A stretch of 64,000 nucleotides of DNA, taken from the NCBI GenBank assembly GCA_964057225.1, contig OZ059899.1, positions 21,018,001 to 21,082,000 on the forward strand, written 5' to 3'. This stretch comes from Auanema rhodensis. Its lineage: Eukaryota; Animalia; Nematoda. Below are positions 56,201-64,000 of the stretch, piece after piece. The notes under the pieces were generated by a model. It saw only the letters and a list, made by a program, of their open reading frames with translations. It made no database searches and was not told where the DNA came from. Positions within the stretch are counted from its first letter, which is position 1. Each line of letters begins with the position of its first letter. The position numbers and the translations under genes were made by a program.

Positions 56201-59200
56201 TCACCCTGAAGAATTAATTTTTTCGTTGAATAACATTGTCCATCGTCTTTGCCTTGAAAAAAGGAATCTAAAAACATCTACTTTTTGCTAAATTATTTTG
56301 AAATTTTTCGAAAAAATTTTTGTCAAAATGTTTTTGGAAGCAATGTTGAGTGTACATGGAAACTCAACATACACTAATGCATCATTTTTCAAACGATCAT
56401 AACTAATTTTTGTATTAAGCTTTTCTCAATGTAGTACAGTGCATTCGATGCGGATTTTTAAGCTGCGTCGATCTGTGTTATCAGATTTGCGCTAGCTTAA
56501 AAATGCACCGAGATATCAACTGATATAAGTTCACACTTATATCCTCGATTTTCACCCTGAAGAATTAATTTTTTTTGGTTGAATAACATTGTCCATCGTC
56601 TTTGCCTTGAAAAAAGGAATCTAAAAACATCTACTTTTTGCTAAATTATTTTGAAATTTTTTGAAAAAATTTTTGTCAAAATGTTTTTGGAAGCAATGTT
56701 GAGTGTACATGGAAACTCAACATACACTAATGCTTCATTTTTCAAACGATCATAACTAATTTTTGTATTAAACGTTTCTCAATGTAGTATAGTGCATTCG
56801 ATGCGGATTTTTAAGCTGCGTCGATCTGTGTTATCAGATTTGCGCTAGCTTAAAAATGCACCGAGATATCAACTGATATAAGTTCACACTTATATCCTCG
56901 ATTTTCACCCTGAAGAATTTATTTTTTCGTTGAATAACATTGTCCATCGTCTTTGCCTTGAAAAAAGGAATCTAAAAACATCTACTTTTTGCTAAATTAT
57001 TTTGAAATTTTTCGAAAAAATTTTTGTCAAAATGTTTTTGGAAGCAATGTTGAGTGTACATGGAAACTCAACATACACTAATGCATCATTTTTCAAACGA
57101 TCATAACTCATTTTTGTATTAAGCTTTTCTCAATGTAGTACAGTGCATTCGATGCGGATTTTTAAGCTGCGTCGATCTGTGTTATCAGATTTGCGCTAGC
57201 TTAAAAATGCACCGAGATATCAACTGATATAAGTTCACACTTATATCCTCGATTTTCACCCTGAAGAATTAATTTTTTTTGGTTGAATAACATTGTCCAT
57301 CGTCTTTGCCTTGAAAAAAGGAATCTAAAAACATCTACTTTTTGCTAAATTATTTTGAAATTTTTTGAAAAAATTTTTGTCAAAATGTTTTTGGAAGCAA
57401 TGTTGAGTGTACATGGAAACTCAACATACACTAATGCTTCATTTTTCAAACGATCATAACTAATTTTTGTATTAAGCTTTTCTCAATGTAGTATAGTGCA
57501 TTCGATGCGGATTTTTAAGCTGCGTCGATCTGTGTTATCAGATTTGCGCTAGCTTAAAAATGCACCGAGATATCAACTGATATAAGTTCACACTTATATC
57601 CTCGATTTTCACCCTGAAGAATTAATTTTTTCGTTGAATAACATTGTCCATCGTCTTTGCCTTGAAAAAAGGAATCTAAAAACATCTACTTTTTGCTAAA
57701 TTATTTTGAAATTTTTTGAAAAAATTTTTGTCAAAATGTTTTTGGAAGCAATGTTGAGTGTACATGGAAACTCAACATACACTAATGCATCATTTTTCAA
57801 ACGATCATAACTAATTTTTGTATTAAGCGTTTCTCAATGAAGTATAGTGCATTCGATGCGGATTTTTAAGCTGCGTCGATCTGTGTTATCAGATTTGCGC
57901 TAGCTTAAAAATGCACCGAGATATCAACTGATATAAGTTCACACTTATATCCTCGATTTTCACCCTGAAGAATTAATTTTTTCGTTGAATAACATTGTCC
58001 ATCGTCTTTGCCTTGAAAAAAGGAATCTAAAAACATCTACTTTTTGCTAAATTATTTTGAAATTTTTCGAAAAAATTTTTGTCAAAATGTTTTTGGAAGC
58101 AATGTTGAGTGTACATGGAAACTCAACATACACTAATGCATCATTTTTCAAACGATCATAACTCATTTTTGTATTAAGCTTTTCTCAATGTAGTACAGTG
58201 CATTCGATGCGGATTTTTAAGCTGCGTCGATCTGTGTTATCAGATTTGCGCTAGCTTAAAAATGCACCGAGATATCAACTGATATAAGTTCACACTTATA
58301 TCCTCGATTTTCACCCTGAAGAATTAATTTTTTTTGGTTGAATAACATTGTCCATCGTCTTTGCCTTGAAAAAAGGAATCTAAAAACTTCTACTTTTTGC
58401 TAAATTATTTTGAAATTTTTTGAAAAAATTTTTGTCAAAATGTTTTTGGAAGCAATGTTGAGTGTACATGGAAACTCAACATACACTAATGCTTCATTTT
58501 TCAAACGATCATAACTAATTTTTGTATTAAGCTTTTCTCAATGTAGTACAGTGCATTCGATGCGGATTTTTAAGCTGCGTCGATCTGTGTTATCAGATTT
58601 GCGCTAGCTTAAAAATGCACCGAGATATCAACTGATATAAGTTCACACTTATATCCTCGATTTTCACCCTGAAGAATTAATTTTTTTTGGTTGAATAACA
58701 TTGTCCATCGTCTTTGCCTTGAAAAAAGGAATCTAAAAACATCTACTTTTTGCTAAATTATTTTGAAATTTTTTGAAAAAATTTTTGTCAAAATGTTTTT
58801 GGAAGCAATGTTGAGTGTACATGGAAACTCAACATACACTAATGCTTCATTTTTCAAACGATCATAACTAATTTTTGTATTAAGCTTTTCTCAATGTAGT
58901 ATAGTGCATTCGATGCGGATTTTTAAGCTGCGTCGATCTGTGTTATCAGATTTGCGCTAGCTTAAAAATGCACCGAGATATCAACTGATATAAGTTCACA
59001 CTTATATCCTCGATTTTCACCCTGAAGAATTAATTTTTTCGTTGAATAACATTGTCCATCGTCTTTGCCTTGAAAAAAGGAATCTAAAAACATCTACTTT
59101 TTGCTAAATTATTTTGAAATTTTTTGAAAAAATTTTTGTCAAAATGTTTTTGGAAGCAATGTTGAGTGTACATGGAAACTCAACATACACTAATGCTTCA

Positions 59201-61006
59201 TTTTTCAAACGATCATAACTAATTTTTGTATTAAGCTTTTCTCAATGTAGTATAGTGCATTCGATGCGGATTTTTAAGCTGCGTCGATCTGTGTTATCAG
59301 ATTTGCGCTAGCTTAAAAATGCACCGAGATATCAACTGATATAAGTTCACACTTATATCCTCGATTTTCACCCTGAAGAATTAATTTTTTCGTTGAATAA
59401 CATTGTCCATCGTCTTTGCCTTGAAAAAAGGAATCTAAAAACATCTACTTTTTGCTAAATTATTTTGAAATTTTTCGAAAAAATTTTTGTCAAAATGTTT
59501 TTGGAAGCAATGTTGAGTGTACATGGAAACTCAACATACACTAATGCATCATTTTTCAAACGATCATAACTAATTTTTGTATTAAGCTTTTCTCAATGTA
59601 GTACAGTGCATTCGATGCGGATTTTTAAGCTGCGTCGATCTGTGTTATCAGATTTGCGCTAGCTTAAAAATGCACCGAGATATCAACTGATATAAGTTCA
59701 CACTTATATCCTCGATTTTCACCCTGAAGAATTAATTTTTTTTGGTTGAATAACATTGTCCATCGTCTTTGCCTTGAAAAAAGGAATCTAAAAACATCTA
59801 CTTTTTGCTAAATTATTTTGAAATTTTTTGAAAAAATTTTTGTCAAAATGTTTTTGGAAGCAATGTTGAGTGTACATGGAAACTCAACATACACTAATGC
59901 TTCATTTTTCAAACGATCATAACTAATTTTTGTATTAAACGTTTCTCAATGTAGTATAGTGCATTCGATGCGGATTTTTAAGCTGCGTCGATCTGTGTTA
60001 TCAGATTTGCGCTAGCTTAAAAATGCACCGAGATATCAACTGATATAAGTTCACACTTATATCCTCGATTTTCACCCTGAAGAATTAATTTTTTCGTTGA
60101 ATAACATTGTCCATCGTCTTTGCCTTGAAAAAAGGAATCTAAAAACATCTACTTTTTGCTAAATTATTTTGAAATTTTTCGAAAAAATTTTTGTCAAAAT
60201 GTTTTTGGAAGCAATGTTGAGTGTACATGGAAACTCAACATACACTAATGCATCATTTTTCAAACGATCATAACTCATTTTTGTATTAAGCTTTTCTCAA
60301 TGTAGTACAGTGCATTCGATGCGGATTTTTAAGCTGCGTCGATCTGTGTTATCAGATTTGCGCTAGCTTAAAAATGCACCGAGATATCAACTGATATAAG
60401 TTCACACTTATATCCTCGATTTTCACCCTGAAGAATTAATTTTTTTTGGTTGAATAACATTGTCCATCGTCTTTGCCTTGAAAAAAGGAATCTAAAAACA
60501 TCTACTTTTTGCTAAATTATTTTGAAATTTTTCGAAAAAATTTTTGTCAAAATGTTTTTGGAAGCAATGTTGAGTGTACATGGAAACTCAACATACACTA
60601 ATGCATCATTTTTCAAACGATCATAACTCATTTTTGTATTAAGCTTTTCTCAATGTAGTACAGTGCATTCGATGCGGATTTTTAAGCTGCGTCGATCTGT
60701 GTTATCAGATTTGCGCTAGCTTAAAAATGCACCGAGATATCAACTGATATAAGTTCACACTTATATCCTCGATTTTCACCCTGAAGAATTAATTTTTTTT
60801 GGTTGAATAACATTGTCCATCGTCTTTGCCTTGAAAAAAGGAATCTAAAAACATCTACTTTTTGCTAAATTATTTTGAAATTTTTTGAAAAAATTTTTGT
60901 CAAAATGTTTTTGGAAGCAATGTTGAGTGTACATGGAAACTCAACATACACTAATGCTTCATTTTTCAAACGATCATAACTAATTTTTGTATTAAGCTTT
61001 TCTCAA
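53265..61006. repeat. Loosely alternating 2-mer domain (351 + 353 bp)
   Basis: A 231C (often ACTCAT) monomer alternates with a GTACAG/T8GG/GCTTC monomer, e.g. 53616, 54320, 55024 at 704-bp spacing. Extra monomers interrupt the pattern. Confidence 0.78.
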
Positions 61007-64000
61007 TGTAGTATAGTGCATTCGATGCGGATTTTTAAGCTGCGTCGATCTGTGTTATCAGATTTGCGCTAGCTTAAAAATGCACCGAGATATCAACTGA
61101 TATAAGTTCACACTTATATCCTCGATTTTCACCCTGAAGAATTAATTTTTTCGTTGAATAACATTGTCCATCGTCTTTGCCTTGAAAAAAGGAATCTAAA
61201 AACATCTACTTTTTGCTAAATTATTTTGAAATTTTTTGAAAAAATTTTTGTCAAAATGTTTTTGGAAGCAATGTTGAGTGTACATGGAAATTCAACATAC
61301 ACTAATGCATCATTTTTCAAACGATCATAACTAATTTTTGTATTAAGCGTTTCTCAATGTAGTATAGTGCATTCGATGCGGATTTTTAAGCTGCGTCGAT
61401 CTGTGTTATCAGATTTGCGCTAGCTTAAAAATGCACCGAGATATCAACTAATATAAGTTCACACTTATATCCTCGATTTTCACCCTGAAGAATTAATTTT
61501 TTCGTTGAATAACAAAGTCCATCGTCTTTGCCTTGAAAAAAGGAATCTAAAAACATCTACTTTCTGCTAAATTATTTTGAAATTTTTTGAAAAAATTTTT
61601 GTCAAAATGTTTTTGGAAGCAATGTTGAGTGTACATGGAAACTCAACATACACTAATGCATCATTTTTCAAACGATCATAACTAATTTTTGTATTAAGCG
61701 TTTCTCCATGTAGTATAGTGCATTCGATGCGGATTTTTAAGCTGCGTCGATCTGTGTTATCAGATTTGCGCTAGCTTAAAAATGCACCGAGATATCAACT
61801 AATATAAGTTCACACTTATATCCTCGATTTTCACCCTGAAGAACTAATTTTTTCGTTTAATAACAAAGTACATCGTCTTTGCCTTGAAAAAAGGAATCTA
61901 AAAACATCTACTTTTTGCTAAATTATTTTGAAATTTTTTGAAAAAATTTTTGTCAAAATGTTTTTGGAAGCAATGTTGAGTGTACATGGAAACTCAACGT
62001 ACACTAATGCATCATTTTTCAAACGATCATAACTAATTTTTGTATTAAACGTTTCTCAATGTAGTATAGTGCATTCGATGCGGATTTTTAAGCTGCGTCG
62101 ATCTGTGTTATCAGATTTGCGCTAGCTTAAAAATGCACCGAGATATCAACTAATATAAGTTCACACTTATATCCTCGATTTTCACCCTGAAGAACTAATT
62201 TTTTCGTTGAATAACATTGTCCATCGTCTTTGCCTTGAAAAAAGGAATCTAAAAACATCTACTTTTTGCTAAATTATTTTGAAATTTTTCGAAAAAATTT
62301 TTGTCAAAATGTTTTTGGAAGCAATGTTGAGTGTACATGGAAACTCTACATACACTAAGGCATCATTTTTCAAACGATCATAACTAATTTTTGTATTAAG
62401 CGTTTCTCAATATAGTATAGTGCATTCGATGCGGATTTTTAAGCTGCGTCGATCTGTATTATTAGATTTGCGCTAGCTTAAAAATGCACCGAGATATCAA
62501 CTGATATAAGTTCACACTTATATCCTCGATTTTCACCCTGAAGAATTAATTTTTTCGTTGAATAACATTGTCCATCGTCTTTGCCTTGAAAAAAGGAATC
62601 TAAAAACATCTACTTTTTGCTAAATTATCTTGAAATTTTTTGAAAAAATTTTTGTCAAAATGTTTTTGGAAGCAATGTTGAGTGTACATGGAAACTCAAC
62701 ATACACTAATGCATCATTTTTCAAACGATCATAACTAATTTTTGTATCAAGCGTTTCTCAATGAGTATAGTGCATTCGATGCGGATTTTTAAGCTGCGTC
62801 GATCTGTGTTATCAGATTTGCGCTAGCTTAAAAATGCACCGAGATATCAACTGATATAAGTTCACACTTATATCCTCGATTTTCACCCTGAAGAATTAAA
62901 TTTTTCGTTGAATAACATTGTCCATCGTCTTTGCCTTGAAAAAAGGAATCTAAAAACATCTACTTTTCGCTAAATTATTTTGAATTTTTTCGAAAAAATT
63001 TTTGTCAAAATGTTTTTGGAAGCAATGTTGAGTGTACATGGAAACTCAACATACACTAAGGCATCATTTTTCAAACGATCATAACTAATTTTTGTATCAA
63101 GCGTTTCTCAATGAGTATAGTGCATTCGATGCGGAGTTTTAAGCTGCGTCGATCTGTGTTATCAGATTTGCGCTAGCTTAAAAATGCACCGAGATATCAA
63201 CTGATATAAGTTCACACTTATATCCTCGATTTTCACCCTGAAGAATTATTTTTTTTTGGTTGAATAACATTGTCCATCGTCTTTGCCTTGAAAAAAGGAA
63301 TCTAAAAACATCTACTTTTTGCTAAATTATTTTGAAATTTTTTGAAAAAATTTTTGTCAAAATGTTTTTGGAAGCAATGTTGAGTGTACATGGAAACTCA
63401 ACATACACTAATGCTTCATTTTTCAAACGATCATAACTAATTTTTGTATTAAGCTTTTCTCAATGTAGTATAGTGCATTCGATGCGGATTTTTAAGCTGC
63501 GTCGATCTGTGTTATCAGATTTGCGCTAGCTTAAAAATGCACCGAGATATCAACTGATATAAGTTCACACTTATATCCTCGATTTTCACCCTGAAGAATT
63601 AATTTTTTCGTTGAATAACATTGTCCATCGTCTTTGCCTTGAAAAAAGGAATCTAAAAACATCTACTGTTTGCTAAATTATTTTGAAATTTTTTGAAAAA
63701 ATTTTTGTCAAAATGTTTTTGGAAGCAATGTTGAGTGTACATGGAAACTCAACATACACTAATGCATCATTTTTCAAACGATCATAACTAATTTTTGTAT
63801 TAAGCTTTTCTCAATGTAGTATAGTGCATTCGATGCGGATTTTTAAGCTGCGTCGATCTGTGTTATCAGATTTGCGCTAGCTTAAAAATGCACCGAGATA
63901 TCAACTGATATAAGTTCACACTTATATCCTCGATTTTCACCCTGAAGAATTAATTTTTTTTGGTTGAATAACATTGTCCATCGTCTTTGCCTTGAAAAAA

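Larger units (their letters stand above)
1..64000. repeat. Tandem satellite DNA array, 351-bp monomer, ~182 copies, single orientation, extends beyond both window edges
   Basis: TGTAGTATAG recurs at 1, 352, 703 ... 3511, 7021, 14041 (exact multiples of 351). The register shifts only by small indels and two 50-bp deletions. The last partial monomer starts at 63815. No non-repeat sequence was seen. Confidence 0.99.

Noticed and set aside
1-64000. CRISPR array or integron-like cassette array (regularly spaced palindromes)
   Set aside because: The sequence between palindromes is itself repeated nearly identically. There are no unique spacers or cassettes and no cas or integrase genes.
1-64000. 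5S rDNA, snRNA, spliced-leader or histone tandem gene cluster
   Set aside because: No recognisable conserved RNA or coding sequence on either strand of the monomer. An Rfam scan would confirm.
1-64000. Artefactual concatemer or assembly-expanded repeat
   Set aside because: Linked, position-structured variants and multi-scale HORs are not expected from sequencing error or rolling-circle artefacts, though individual duplications still need read support.

Overview
The whole 64-kb window is one uninterrupted head-to-tail tandem satellite array of about 182 copies of a 351-bp monomer. The monomer is about 31% GC by hand count, and copies usually differ from the consensus by only a few bases. There are no genes, RNA genes, transposon insertions, inversions or unique sequence. 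The five 63-aa ORFs are artefacts of one stop-removing SNP in the monomer. The informative structure is at two scales. Within the monomer there are four dyad-symmetry (hairpin/cruciform-capable) elements and a phased A/T-tract segment. Across the array there are successive local higher-order repeats (2-, 3-, 4-, 6- and 7-mers), a duplicated 50-bp-deletion monomer, chimeric monomers and a left-to-right turnover of variant subfamilies. This fits eukaryotic (peri)centromeric or heterochromatic satellite DNA, probably from an invertebrate with little repeat methylation. I cannot name the family or species from the sequence. Monomer positions quoted below count from TGTAGTATAG = 1.
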